From Octopus sinensis (Eukaryota): a stretch of DNA of 64,000 nucleotides. The stretch spans positions 62,496,001 to 62,560,000 of the forward strand of contig NC_043005.1 of the NCBI RefSeq assembly GCF_006345805.1, in the 5' to 3' direction. Numbering within the stretch: the stretch's first letter is position 1; every line of letters starts with the position of its first letter. Both the position numbers and the translations under genes were made by a program. This document shows positions 14,335 to 27,830 of the stretch, in pieces. The notes beneath the pieces are model-generated. The model did not search any database, was not told the DNA's origin, and saw only the letters and a list, made by a program, of their open reading frames with translations.

Positions 14335-14750
14335 CAACTAGCTAATACTTTCCAGATTATTCTGGATGTGTCAAGGAGGCAAAACTTTTGTAACAGTTCT
14401 ACTGGGCAATCTATTCCAATTTCCTTTGTATTCCTCTTGATGCCTTCTGATACTGTCCCCAAGGACCCAACAATATTTGACACTATCTTCATCTTCTTCA
14501 TTTTTCATGGTCAAGCTATCTTGTATTTAAGAAGGTTGTATATGTCTATTTTGGCATCTTCCTTCTTGACTATTCATGTGTCAAAGAGGCATGCAACATC
14601 AATTATAGAGCACATGTGGTTCACTTTGTCCACCATTTCTAGGCCTGGTTTGTTGTGCCTAAGCACCTGGCCTGTTTGGATTGGGAAACCTCGCAGGATT
14701 TTGTAGGTCTCTGACTCCTCCACTTACTGTGGTTTGTGCTCATACCATGT
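14335..14750 (-). mobile_element. RLE-type (Dong/R4-like) LINE 3' fragment
   Basis: Minus translation WYEHKPQ*VEESETYKILRGFPIQT...HNKPGL...IIDVACLFD...IVGSLGTV...LLQKFCLLDTSRII matches the restriction-like endonuclease (PD..D) C-terminus. Confidence 0.88.
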
Positions 14751-15859
14751 CTTAATAATCATTTTGATTATTAGTGTTGTTGTGACTCAGTAGCAAGAAA
14801 ACATCTTTCAAAACATTTTATTCAAACATTACGAAATGGAATTTTCTTTGGAGTATAACTATAATTAAATAAGAAAGATTATCCTTGACACCCAGGTTTA
14901 GACAACAGATAAAAAGGGGTTTGTTTCACTAACATTTAAAAATTTTACTTGCATTATATTTTCACATCCAAATAAGGCCATCACACATAATTATTCCACA
15001 TGACAAAACATCAAATCGTTATATAAAAAAACAAACTTGAAACTGAAAGCTGAATGTATGAGAGGAAAAAGAAAATTAATACTTTAGTGAAGGTTTTATC
15101 GAAGAAAATGTCCCTAATACAGTGACAACAACAGCAAAAGTTGTATTTAATCTGGCACAATTTCAAATGCTATGGTTTATCTATATAGTAGCTGTGTGAA
15201 GTTAAACCTGCTCTTGATACAGTTTGAACAGATGGAATTTTAAAATCTCTCTCAGTTAGAAGAGAAAAACAATACAGATAGGATTTTGTAAAACCCAATG
15301 GAATTTCTTTGCTTCAAAAAACTCCAAGAGAAGCAAAGAGAAATACTGCATACCTCAGGTTATAAAAAGATGAGAAAAAATTTAAAATTCCTTCATGGTA
15401 CAAGCTCTCAAAGACATAATGAGAGAAGTTATCTTAAATGGAAAAACAAAAGTTATGGTACTATTTTTGCTGTACCTTTAAAATTAAAGATGCAGTTAAA
15501 ACACAGGACAAAATTGTCAAATATATAACACAGGTTACATATTTGTGGCCCAGTACATAGGTCAAAACATAAGAGTCATAAGAGATGCTGGACATTACAC
15601 AGACCATTGTTAGTAGTTTATTTTGTGTTGCTGCATGGAAAGCGGTCAAAGCAGGTTTACTGAAAGGTGATCAGAGATCAAGAGACGTCAAAATGGATTT
15701 GTAAGTCCTAATGACATACAAAGGCCACAGAGCAATACTGAAACTATGCCCAGTAGAAAGCACCAAGACAAAGGGCATGCAGTTAATGATATAGGGCTGA
15801 CAGTATAGTGGTTACATTTATTGGAGTGAAGCACTCCAGAACTGAAAACCTAGAAGAAC

Positions 15860-16150
15860 TGAGGAAATGAAGTAAAAACAAGGGAAATGAAAGTAATATA
15901 GAGCAATAGCAACAACAAAAGAAGAACAAAACCTAGTTTCCAGAGTACTAGTAGACAAAACTCTTGAAGTAAAGTAAATGTCTTTAGGCCTAGACGAGGA
16001 AACACTTTGTTCCTTACAGTATCAGCCTGTAGTACAACTCCTTCACTGTGTGGTGATGAAATGAAGAAAAATGATAATTATGGATGAAAATTCCCAAATG
16101 TTCTGTAAAAACACAAAGGGAACAAAAAGTGGGGAATTCAGAGAAAAAGA
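15860..16150 (+). repeat. Unclassified interspersed repeat, copy 1 (inverted partner at 17800-18070)
   Basis: AAAAACAAGGGAAATGAAAGTAATATAGAGCAATAGCAA and GGAAACACTTTGTTCCTTACAGTATC align by eye with the reverse complement of 17800-18070. Confidence 0.6.
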
Positions 16151-16719
16151 AAACTTGGCATAAAACAACAAAATTAACCATTAGGACAGCTTTCAGATAA
16201 CAATCTTCTACCTTATTAAATGCCTTGGATGAATCTAAATTAAAGCTGACATTTTGTCAATGGCATTCTAATCATAATCATCCTTACTCGTTTTCTGAGA
16301 CAAGCTTGCAAGACTACGTAGTCCAATATCTATTTCTTTATGTAAGATTGTAGGGTGTGATTTCATTGAGGATAGCAGGGGGATATTAAAAATATACTAA
16401 TATACTAAAAGCAATTAAATTCTTTTAGTGTATGACTGGTATTACTTTATAAGTTCTAAAGTTTATGATTTTATAAAATTCTAAATCTATGTCAGATTAA
16501 TAATATGAATTCCATTCTTAGGTGCAAAAGCACAAATTTTGGCAAGGCAAAAATCAGTTATATTGGTTCTTGTATATGATTAGTATTCTATTTTATTTAC
16601 TCTAGAAGGATGAAAGGTACAATTTGATCACATAGAATAAAGAGATGTAACTAATTACTATGAGCATTTCGACCAGTATTTTACAGATATCAATACTACT
16701 TTTACTAAAACAGTTGTGG

Positions 16720-16960
16720 CTTTTGTAATTTAGTCCAAGATCAACTCTGATTGAACATGTAATCATATGATCAAAGGCATTCCAACCGGGACAAATCTAT
16801 TTTTTATTCAGACACAATGTATACAGTGCCATATACCCTACAAATCATACCCTACCATATTATTTTTAAAACTGTAGAGTATGATTTGTAGAGTATTTGG
16901 CTGGTATTTCTAGCTGATCAAGCAACAAAACAGAAGCATTTTTTGTTGACTCATCAATTG
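16720..16960. repeat. Interspersed repeat family D (related copies near 9520-9670, 10440-10660, 24410-24600, 30310-30430, 32000-32180)
   Basis: Recurring blocks TGATCAAAGGCATTCCA and (GA)TTTGGCTG(C/G)TATTTCTAGC. Confidence 0.6.
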
Positions 16961-17799
16961 AATGGTTTCCTTCATGAGCAAAAGTTCAAGCTTTTAAAAT
17001 AATACAAATGTGACATTGTAATGTGTACACTTTTCTTAAAAGTGTCATGAGGATTTCCAACTGTAAGATAAAAAACAAATAATTTGGTGATATGTTACCA
17101 TTATTCTATCATATTCACCATAATCGTTATAGTAATAATCATTTCTTTATTAGACACAAAGACTTGAAGGATTTAGAAAACATGAAACTTTCATTAAGGA
17201 TTTCAAAGAAAAAGAGGATGATATAGAGTGTGGAAAAGAAATACATTTGGAAATTATAAAGGGAGGTGCTATGTGATGTTTTAGAATATATATGGAATGA
17301 TGTATTAAGAATTTTAAAGGTGCTCATATGCACACATATAAACACATATACATGAAAATATAAAAAAAAAGTGCAATGAAATACACAAAATTAAAATGAG
17401 ATATAATTTAAAGATATAAAATATGACTAATTTTTCTGGCTTGGTTAAGTTAAATATTAAACAGCCCTGTTCTCTTAACCATCTCTCAATTAAATGCTCA
17501 TGTAAGCATGTTTTGAGACAACTGGTGCTGAAAGACACCAATATCTTGAGAATAATCTTTTTTATTTTTGATAGACTTAATTTTAATATTTTTGTATGCT
17601 GTTAATATTTTTGCATGTAGTTTATATGTCATTCTAACTTTTTGAGACTCTGAAGAACCAGAGATGTGTAATTTTTGCCTATTAATGACTTGTTTCATTT
17701 TCAAAGAATAGTAAATATTAGTTCATCTACATCTTCTGCATTTTCTTCATCATTTTCCCGAGGAAGTATTTTGCTGTCATTTAGAAGTAATTGTTTCCC

Positions 17800-18070
17800 T
17801 CGCCTATTTTGTTGCGTTATGTGATTCCCCCCCCCCACCGCCACAATTTTTACCTTTGTATTTTATCTATAATTATTTCTTCCTCATCACATGATGAGAA
17901 TGTGGCAATACAGATTGGTATTGTTAGGGAACAAAGTATTTCCCTATCTATTTGTGATACTGAGTCTAACAACATTTCTTTTGCTCTTCCCAGAGTTTTG
18001 CTGTTGCTCTTTATTATTTTCATTTTCCTTGTTTTTCCTTAATCATCCCAGTTCTGAATAATAAACTGAG
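17800..18070 (-). repeat. Unclassified interspersed repeat, copy 2
   Basis: Reverse complement contains AAAAACAAGGAAAATGAAAATAATAAAGAGCAACAGCAA and GGGAAATACTTTGTTCCCTAACAATACC. Confidence 0.6.
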
Positions 18071-18794
18071 GGATGTTTTACTCTAACAAATGTAACAACT
18101 AGGCCTTCTACTCTGTATGATCAATTTTAAGCTCTGCCGTGGTAACTTTTAGTGGGTAAATTATGGTATTGCTGGGATCTTGGTGGTGCCATTAGGATAT
18201 CTGTTCACATGTCACATCTCATTAAGCTTTGTTTAACTGCTCATCCATGCAGCAACATGCACATGCACACTCACATACACAAAATAGACAACTACTAACC
18301 ATGGGTCAACATCATGTCTAATGTCTTTTATTGTGATTCTTGTGTTTCTTTAACCCATAGACTGAGGCAGGTACAAATGTATAGCCAGAGGATTGTCTGA
18401 CGATTTCAGTCTGATTTTGATTGTGTTTTTAGTTTTGAAGGTGCAGCAAATAGTGCTTTAACTTTTGCCTTTTCCAACTGAGATAATCTCTCCTTTGTTT
18501 CTAAGAGCTTGTAGTGTCACTTTTCTAGAGGGAAAATTTAATGTATGGCCTTCCTAACTCCCACCACTTTACACAGTGTACTGAATGCTTTTTATGTGGT
18601 CACATTTGGAACTGATTTTACAGTCCCAAATGATGAGAAAGTCTATATGAGAGGAAGAGGAAAAAGGTTAACAAGTAACATCTAAGTTAGGAATTTTCCT
18701 TTTCCAACAGTTTAACCTGTTGGGTGTATATGAAATAATATTAATAATAATAATAATAATAATAATAATTATGATAATAATAATAATAATCCTT

Positions 18795-19035
18795 ATTGTT
18801 ATCAGAGCATTGGGTTCAATACCACCCAATCTGAAAAAACATCTGAAAACCTTAGAGATACCCCACATTCTAGAAGTATTTCAAAAGTCAGCATTACTTG
18901 GAACTGCATGCATATTGTGTAAAGTACTGTCTGTCTGAGGTCCTTGTTGTGACTTGACAAACAGTATAAACCCTCGGTAGACACAATATCTTCAATCAAC
19001 AACCTTACGATTTTGTATACTGTGCGACGTGTATA
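18795..19035 (+). mobile_element. RLE-type (Dong/R4-like) LINE extreme 3' end with (AAT)n tail
   Basis: IVIRALGSIPPNLKKHLKTLEIPHILEVFQKSALLGTACILCKVLSV* followed by a short UTR and an AAT-rich tail. Confidence 0.85.
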
Positions 19036-21624
19036 ATAATAATAGTAGTAATAATAATGGTTTTTGATTTAGGAACAAGACTAGCAATACTGAAAGGAGG
19101 GAGTAATCAATACTATCCACCCTAGTACTACATTTTGTTTTATTGATTTTTACAAGATTTGAACTCAGAATGAAAAATGTCAGGAGAAATTATATGTGGG
19201 TTTCTTCTTAATACTAACATTTCTGCCAACCCACCACCCTAATAATAATAATTTTCGCTTCAAGCTCAGGCACAAGGCCAGCAATTTCAAAGGTAGGACA
19301 TGAGTTGATAACATTGATTCAATACTTTACTGATACTTTATTTTATTGACCCAGCGATGATGGAAGGCAAAGTTGATCTTGGTAGGATTTGAATTAATAT
19401 TAATAAAATTAATGATGATAAAGAACAATAATTTATAAATTCACTACTTGAATACTAAGTAATGATTAACCCTTATAAATATCTTGTAAGTAATCACATG
19501 ATATAAATGCATAAAAAGATACTAGTGACTAAAGACATGCACGTAAATAGTTGATAATTATTGCTTTACTTAATCTGAGCATTTCATGTTGATGGTAAAC
19601 AAAAAGATGTAAAACAAAGGAATGATAATAATGTGGTGAATGTGGTGATGATAACGGTTATGATGATGATACTGACTGAGATGATCATGACAATGTTGAA
19701 GATGAAAATGTATTAGAAAAATATTCCCAATAGTTTAGCAGTTGAAGAATCAATAGAAGCTGACATGTACACGGCAATACCACATCAATATATCTTTATA
19801 TCATTCCTTTAAAATAATGCTATTTTGGACTTGCACTGTGGAAACTTTCCTTAAGCAACACTTATCTGAAACTAATGCTTTTTCATAGCATGTTCTATAG
19901 TGTCCTTTCACACCTCAAGCAGTGGGTAAACAAATGTGAGAAGAATTTTCCTGAGATTTCTTCCAGTTTTAAGCAGGATTCCTTTCTTCTTTTGCTTAAA
20001 ATGCTTTGAGACTTAATGGAAAAAGAAGTAGGAAATCCTGGTTCATAAAATTATGTGAACAATATATCATAAAGGTTGGTTTTATAAAGGGACTAAGTGG
20101 AAAGGTTATATTACAAGAATTCACAATTATGTCACATCATTGAAACTGAAGGAAAATGTTTAAAAGCACAACAAAGATTGACAAATCATGAAATTTTCCT
20201 TTGTGAAATTGTAATCTTTTAGACAATAAATAGATTTGTGCTTGTATATGTACATAGGAAATACTGCACATGTCAATATGAATATATGTTAGAACGACAA
20301 TATATGTAAGAGTTTATTTTGTGTGTGAACCTGTGCTATTTTCAGTATGCACTTGCAAAATCATGTGCATGTGTAGATGCATGCATGTGTAAGAATGATA
20401 TTGTGTATGCATGCATGTGACAGAAAAAGTGTGTACAATTGTATATCTATCTATATATATGTGTGTGTGAGTATATTTTATATGGGAATCAGTATCAATA
20501 CTCAGTGTGTACTTGTAAATATAAGCATGCATGACTATCTGTATGCTATTTATTAAACAGTATCTATGATAGCTACATTAATGTATGCATGTAAGTACAG
20601 TATTTTCGTCATGTTCATTGCATTATCTGATAACATTTATATGTGAATATTTTTACACATATCAATGCTGAATATAACGTCATACATATTTTACTCACAA
20701 CCTTTGTTATTGTGTATATTGATATTTTTGTATATTGTACTATTATGCTATTATCTTCTACATTTGTTACTAAACACATTAGTATGCTTTTTGTATAATC
20801 TTCTGTAAAGCATGTGTGCATTGTATAATATAAAATATGTATATATATATATATATATATAGTGGCGTACATACACTTTGTTCTCTTATATATACAAGGA
20901 GGAAGAATGAGAGAGAGAGAGAGAGGAAATATATATATATAGTGACAGAGAGAGAGAGAGAGAGAGAGAAAGCTTAACTGTCAAAAGATTGAATAATTTA
21001 CAATTTATGTAACATCTCTCAATATTATTTTATTTTGCATTTTCAAGTATTTTGCAGACTATTTCTAAACTTTTGAAGAAAAAAATTTTCTCTCCTTTTC
21101 TTTGTAAAACTTTAGTACAAATATTAGAATAGAATTTCAATGCTAACAAATCTATTTCTAGGGTGATAAACAAGTAAGATTATTTCACAGTAGTATTTCA
21201 AATATTGAGACAAAAAAAATGTAAAAAGTAAAAAAGAAGCAATTATTATGATTACTCACAATTTTCTATATTTCTTAGCAATTTAAATAATTAAATAGTG
21301 GAAATGAGATATTAAAAAAGAAAAAAGTTTTGCACATGCTGAAGAATAAAAAAAAATTCAGGACATGTTGTACATAGATTTGGAAGATGAGTATGGTCAC
21401 ATCCTCACACAAAAAAGAAGACATTGGTATAACCAGAAAAATACAACAGTAGTCATGTACATTTTAATTTCTAGATATAATTTGATGTACTCATTCATTT
21501 GATAATCAGTATATCGGATAACTGATGTTAGCAACACACTGAAGTATCCTCTGTATAGTTATTCAACATGCAAGAAATACCAGCCAAATTTCTCTAAAAC
21601 CACACATAATAGTTTTAGATACTA

Positions 21625-21850
21625 TCTTTTATTTTTTATTTGTTTCACTCACTGGACTGCAGCTATGCTGGGGCACCAACTTGAAAGGTTTAACCAAATT
21701 GCACTCAGTATTTATTTCTTTTTAAAGCCTGGTATTTATTTTATTGGACTCGTTTGGCTGAACCACTAAGTTCTGGGGATGTAAACAAACCTACACTGGT
21801 TGTCAAATGGTAATGGGAACAAATACAATACAAAGATACATACACATACA
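21625..21850 (-). mobile_element. SINE family B, 3' half
   Basis: Reverse-complement match to the 5921-6250 tail (GAACCACTAAGTTCTGGGGATGTAAACAAACC...GGTTGTCAA). Confidence 0.8.
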
Positions 21851-23234
21851 TACATACTTATACATACACACACACACATATATATGGCAAATGAAAGATG
21901 GAAGATGGAATATATGAAAATATATTATTAATCAAGACAATTGTTTTCGACACATCTAGCAACAATCCCTCATGGGTGGGACACTCAAGAATTGATACAG
22001 GAGCATCCAGCAGTGCAGATGTATCTCGTCTGGTGATAAATAGATACAACTCATTAAAATAACAGTTCTGCAATGTAACTTCTCATTTGGTAGAAAGAAA
22101 AGCAGCCAGACGGAGGAAACGGAGGAAATATCTTCATTTATATAGAAGATCAAAAATAAAATCACAGATGGAAAAGAGAAACGAACATGCAATACAGTGA
22201 GAAAAGTATTAAAAACAACTGTTAATAAATATGGATGTATAAATGCTCTCAGGCAAGCTGCATGGCATCAGTACACTTGCTCATACAAGCATCTGCTAAA
22301 ATGTGATCATATGCACATGCAAGGTTTGGTGCACTCATGATCAGAAAGTGAGATAACTATCTACTTGGTGTTTGTAAGAATGGGGAGGTTAAAAGTAAAC
22401 TTCAGTCATCCATATCTTAAAGTAAATTAAATTATGTTAATGGTTACTCAAAATTCATTCTCACTGCATTGTGTGAAAATACATTTATATGCGTGTAGGC
22501 ATCTCAAGAGTCTTTCAGAAATTCTATTAATGATCTTCTTGTTAGTCCACATGATAGACAGGGATTCCTTGGAGCAGAGACAGCACCTCCTAGAAATTAT
22601 ATCGTATAGCTTTATGCACCTTACTATGGACCAAGTTATGCTGTACTTTATTTTATCCTTCAGTCGCCAAAATCTGCCAAAGATGTTGAATGTTTCTTAC
22701 TGATTGTCTTAAGGCTGGCAACATGGTTACGATAATGATTCTTAAATGAATCAGCTGTCTGCATAATATAAACATAATGAATCAGCCATCTGCATAATGT
22801 AAACATATGGCCCTCCCCTAGTGTGCACTGTACATTTATGTACAAGATTTGTACTCATACAGAGATTCAGCAAAGAACATTTTGATTTTTCTCTGCATGA
22901 GCATTTATCATATTTATTTGTATATAAGGCAATCTCGACTCCATTTACTGGCATTGTTACCATGTTATCTGTATCATAAGTATTTCTACTACTATGATTT
23001 GTTCATAATTGGTGTTCATCTTTGCAGTATACATCTTTTGGTTAGTATTTAGATGCATATGTTTGCTAGATCCAGTCGGTGGGTTACTGAATCTTTGCTG
23101 CATTTTGCTATTGTTTATGTGATGCATAAGCTGCTCTAAATTAGCAGGGTTGGTGTAGGATACCTTCACGGAGTGCCAATTAAAAATATATACATATACA
23201 TATATATGTGTATGTGTGTGTGTGTGTGAGTATG

Positions 23235-23350
23235 TGTCTGCTTCCCAACCACATGGTTCTAGATTCAGTTCCACTGTGAGACACCTTAGGCAGGAGCCTT
23301 CTACTATAGCCTCAGACTGACCAACTCTCTGTGAGTGGATTTGGTAGACA
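23235..23350 (+). mobile_element. SINE family B head (left arm of an inverted pair)
   Basis: CTTCCCAACCACATGGTTCTAGATTCAGTTCCACTGTGAGACACCTTAGGCAG...CTTCTACTATAGCC...GTGAGTGGATTTGGTAGAC. Confidence 0.85.
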
Positions 23351-23363
23351 GCATGTATGTGTG

Positions 23364-23402
<39 letters not shown>

Positions 23403-23436
23403 ATATGTATATCCATGACTGAAACATGTAAAAGTG

Positions 23437-23478
<42 letters not shown>

Positions 23479-23509
23479 TATACACACATACATACATGAT
23501 GGATTTCTT

Positions 23510-23635
23510 TCACTTTCAGTCTACTACACTCCTGCTCACAAGGCTTTGGTTGACCTAGGGCTATAGTAGAAGACACACATGCTCAAGGTGTCACACAGTA
23601 GGACTTTTCCCAGAACCATACAAACTTCTTATCAC
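23510..23635 (-). mobile_element. SINE family B head (right arm of an inverted pair)
   Basis: CTCACAAGGCTTTGGTTGACCTAGGGCTATAGTAGAAGACAC...CAAGGTGTCACACAGTAGGAC is the reverse complement of the family B head. Confidence 0.85.
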
Positions 23636-26600
23636 ACAATGATGCCTGTGCCCATTGGGAGAAAAAGTAAAAGAAAAACACTCTTGATCATGAGTTTGCT
23701 TGATCAGTGCTGATCTGAGGTTAAACAGCAACACAACTGATATGACCCTATATTGCTGTTTGTTACAAAATCAATGATCAATTGGTTTTTAAAGATACGT
23801 TGTATTTGATGCCTTTTAGATGTTGAGTTTGTGCGTGTATGTTGATAGTTTTGGCAATGATGGATCTGCTGTTTGACAGATATCACTGGTGTTACTGTTG
23901 CATTATTCCAGTTAAATGAAAACAACCAATCAAACAGTTAAAATAACTCACTAAATTCATGGGTTTTGCTTTGATTTTGCACATCAATAATTTTGGAAGT
24001 TCAATGGATTGGATGGCTATTTCAGATGTAGATGTTTGTATATAAATTTGATGTAAATTATTTCAAGTGCAATCACTGAAATGTATTCCAACTATGCTTC
24101 TCAATGTAAGTAATCTATGTTATCCTAAACAATATATAACTTCTAAAATAAATGCATCGTTTTCTTCCCTCATGAGCTTTTACATAAGTACTTGATCTAT
24201 AAATTGCTGCAGCAAAATTCTCACAGTAAGCATTACCATTTATAAAACAAAGGAGGATTGCCTATTGTATAATTCAAGATATGGTACCTAAAGTTTTAAG
24301 GAAAACAATACATTAAAGGAAAGATGGTCACAAACACACAAACACTGTAGAATTAAAATAAAAAGACGTAATGAATATGATAGTATGAAAGTTAATGTTG
24401 TCCATTAAAACATGTTGTTCAACCTGTGGGTCAGTTCTGATTCAGTAGACTAATGATTAATAACATTCCAACCAAGACCACTCCAACTTTATTTTGCAGG
24501 TATGCAGTAGCAGATGTGCCCATATTTTTTTTAAAGATGGTATTGTCAAATTTGAGGGGGATTTGGCTACTAGTTTTAGCAGGTTCAATGAATATGTCAT
24601 GAATCCTTAATGAGACAGCCAGACAAGGTTGTTGGTAGAAGTGTTATTGGTAATCACAATGATAGAAATAATTTAGAAAACTGAAGCAAGACAAACTTTC
24701 TTATCTGTTGAGACACTAACAAAGAACCATATGATAAATTTGGGAATTCACAAAAAAAAACAAAAAACTGTAAAACTTTATTTGGTAAAATTTTGAAGTT
24801 TATGTGAACACACACTCACACATGAGTACAAACCCAGACATACATATGTATACAGAGCATGATGATGGCACTATCTATTATCTTCAGTAAAGCTATGATG
24901 CTATCAGTAAGATTTTCCTCTTCATTGAAAAGTCTTGATACCATCACAAATAGTCTATGTTACCATTAATAAACCATGATACTATTAGTAAATGTCTTTT
25001 GCCATTAATAAACTATGATGCCATCTATAGTACTATAAAAACATAATAAATAAATAAAAAATATGCTTGCTGCTACTAATATTTCCTTCTTAGAAAAGAT
25101 TAAAAACAATTCTTGGAGAAAAAAATGGTGAAAAAATTAGCACAATCTGAAGTAGAAAGATATGAACAAAAAAAAGGGCAAAAACAAAGAAAAAACTCAA
25201 ACAAACACATATATGCACACGTACACATACACACATGCAAGCAAAACCTTTGTTTTATCACTTGAAACCATTAGTCTCTATGAAATTTCTAATCTGTTCA
25301 ACATCTTTATCTACATGGCAATTCTTTTGTGGAATTATATCACATGATCCAGCTCACAATATCTTAAAGGTTAGTAAGTTCTCACTTTATTTTCTCATGT
25401 TGGAAATATTTGAGAATCTTTTAAAGTTGCCTGGATCTAATCAGAATAAAAGCTGGAATGAAATATTCTTCTCTTTAAGATGTTTATATGTTAAATTATT
25501 TAGTCTTTCCTTCATGTGAATTTTTTTTTAATGGGATAAAAAGAAAGTCTGTATGTCAATGTAGGGAAAATGAAAAGTTCGTAACAATAGCTTAATAATA
25601 TGTAACTTAAAAATAAAACAATACAAAACCAGATAAAGAAAACCATCTCCCACTACATCTCCCAGCTTACCCCTAAAAAAATACAGCAAAATAAGTCTGT
25701 TGAATGAAATGGATATTCTCCAAGTTTATATTCTTTTGAAAGATTTATTGCTTACAGGTATTACTTCATTTTCTACATAAATCATAAATGAATTTAATAA
25801 TAACAATTTATTTTGTCTAAGTATTAGGTTTTTATTTTGTTTTTTAATAGTAGCATGTGGGGAATATCGTTAATTGTGTTTTGTGTATATAATATTGTAG
25901 GTAGTTATTTCATCTCCACAGTGAAGGAACGGACACAGAGAGAATGAGAGAGAGAGATGGAGAGAGGGAGAAATAGAGAGAGAGTCAAATTATACACCTG
26001 TTTCTGAATTACCATTCTCGTACTTTTCACCAAATTTTTCCAACAGCAAAACTACTCTTCCTTGTTTCATTTTTCACAGTTGTTGGTGTAGCCTCAGAAC
26101 AGCTTTTATTGAAAATACATATGGTCAATGGCATTCCATCTTTTTTTTTTTTTTACTTGCTAAACCTGAAGGGGAGGGGCACTGTCTTAACCCCTGCAGA
26201 CTCTCTGAAACCAAGGGGATTGATGCTATTAATGTTCTGTTTAAACTGTTGTAGGAAAAATATGAACAGGGAAGTGGTCCCAAGGGGATGATATTTCAAA
26301 AAGAAAGGATTGGGCATAGCAGGTAGTTCGGGGCTGGGGAAGTGGATGCAGTAAGAGTAACAAGAGGTGGAAAGATGAATGGCTCAAGGGTCCTGAGCAG
26401 TGGAGGCATGAGATTAGCAGGTTTCAAGTGGAGGAGGCTATTATAGTAGCAGTAGACTGGAGTGTGCTTATTAGACAAAATGCTGCTAAGCATTTTGCCT
26501 GGTGTGCTAATGATTCCGCCAGCTCACTGTCTTACAGACAGATAAGACATTAACAACTGTGTGACATAGCCCTCAGGCAAGTACTATATGGACATAAAAT

Positions 26601-27209
26601 ATGTGTGTAGAGGAAAGCAACCATGTTTTCTTTTCATCTTGGATATGCTCAGTCAATTATATCAGTTTTACTAAAGCAATAACAACAATAATGATGGTGT
26701 TCGTACAATTGACACAATAATATCAAGTGACTTTGATGATATTTAAAAGTAATCTGAGAAACTAAGAATACATTAATTCAGCTAGTGAAATAAAATATTG
26801 TGGAGTATTTAAACAAAAAAAAAATGTCTTTCTTTGATTTCATTTGCAATTAAGACAACTGGATTGATACTCAATTACTGTTGTTGCAAAATTAAAAAAA
26901 AAAATTAGAAGTTATCAATAAATATAAATGGATGGAAATTCTAGAAATTAGCAATAGAATCAGTACATGTTGCTAGATTTAATTTTTTTTGTTTCAGAGT
27001 ACTTGTTAACCTTGAACATTTTCTTTGCCTAATTATTGAGATATAACTAATTCATGGCCATAAAATAAAGGGAACTTTTTTCTATACTAGTCAAACTATA
27101 AATAAATAAATAACAGCTACGGATGCTAATTCTACTACCAGCTTAGGCACAAAGTTATTATTATTACTATTATTATTAAAAGAAATCATTATTATTATTA
27201 TTAGTTTGA

Positions 27210-27395
27210 GCATAATATCTAGCAGCATTTCTTCTGACTCATTGCATTCTAATTTCAAATTCTGCTAGGGTCAACTTTACTTTTCATTTTTCTGGGATTG
27301 ATAAAATAAGTTCCAATCAAGTATTGGGGTTGATATAATTGACTATCCCCCTTCCCCTAAAATTTCAGGCCTTGTACACTATATTAGAAAGATTT
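27210..27395 (+). mobile_element. tRNA-derived SINE family A
   Basis: B-box-like TTTCAAATTCTGC, central GGTCAACTTTACTTTTCATTTTTCTGGGATTGATAAAATAAG and tail AAAATTTCAGGCCTTGT. Confidence 0.75.
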
Positions 27396-27529
27396 AGTAT
27401 TTTTATAATTTGTGCTGTTGTAGCTTTGTTTTCTATGAGCTCTAAGTATGGGTATTATTTATGATTAGCACTGATATATTGTAGTGAAAGAAGACTAAAA
27501 TCTGAGAACTAATATTCTGTTTGATTTGT

Positions 27530-27830
27530 GATATCTCAGTTTTGAAAGAGTTTTGAGAGAATCAAATATTTTCAGGCTGACAGTGTTTCTCTTGGGATGT
27601 GGCAGTACTCCGAGAAAAATTTTTGTATTTCTGATACTTTTGGGTTTCCTGGTATTTGGCCATAGAGGTTTAAGAGTGCAATTTAATATTGTCCCAAAAA
27701 CTCCAACGAGCAAATGGTTGTTGTTTTTAGATGCCACATTTTTGAGATCTCTATTTCAAAGTCTTTGTGTTTACTTAACTTTTCAAATGTTTTTAAAGAA
27801 GTGCTACAGTCTGCTAGGATTAACATATAT
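27530..27830 (-). mobile_element. RLE-type (Dong/R4-like) LINE 3' fragment
   Basis: Minus translation FEKLSKHKDFEIEISKMWHLKTTTI..., followed by frameshifted G.P....IQK..L.G.A.I.R-like blocks, as in RLE LINE C-termini. Confidence 0.85.

Noticed and set aside
17885-17965. C/D snoRNA (ATGATGA...CTGA)
   Set aside because: No terminal stem, and it lies inside an interspersed repeat.
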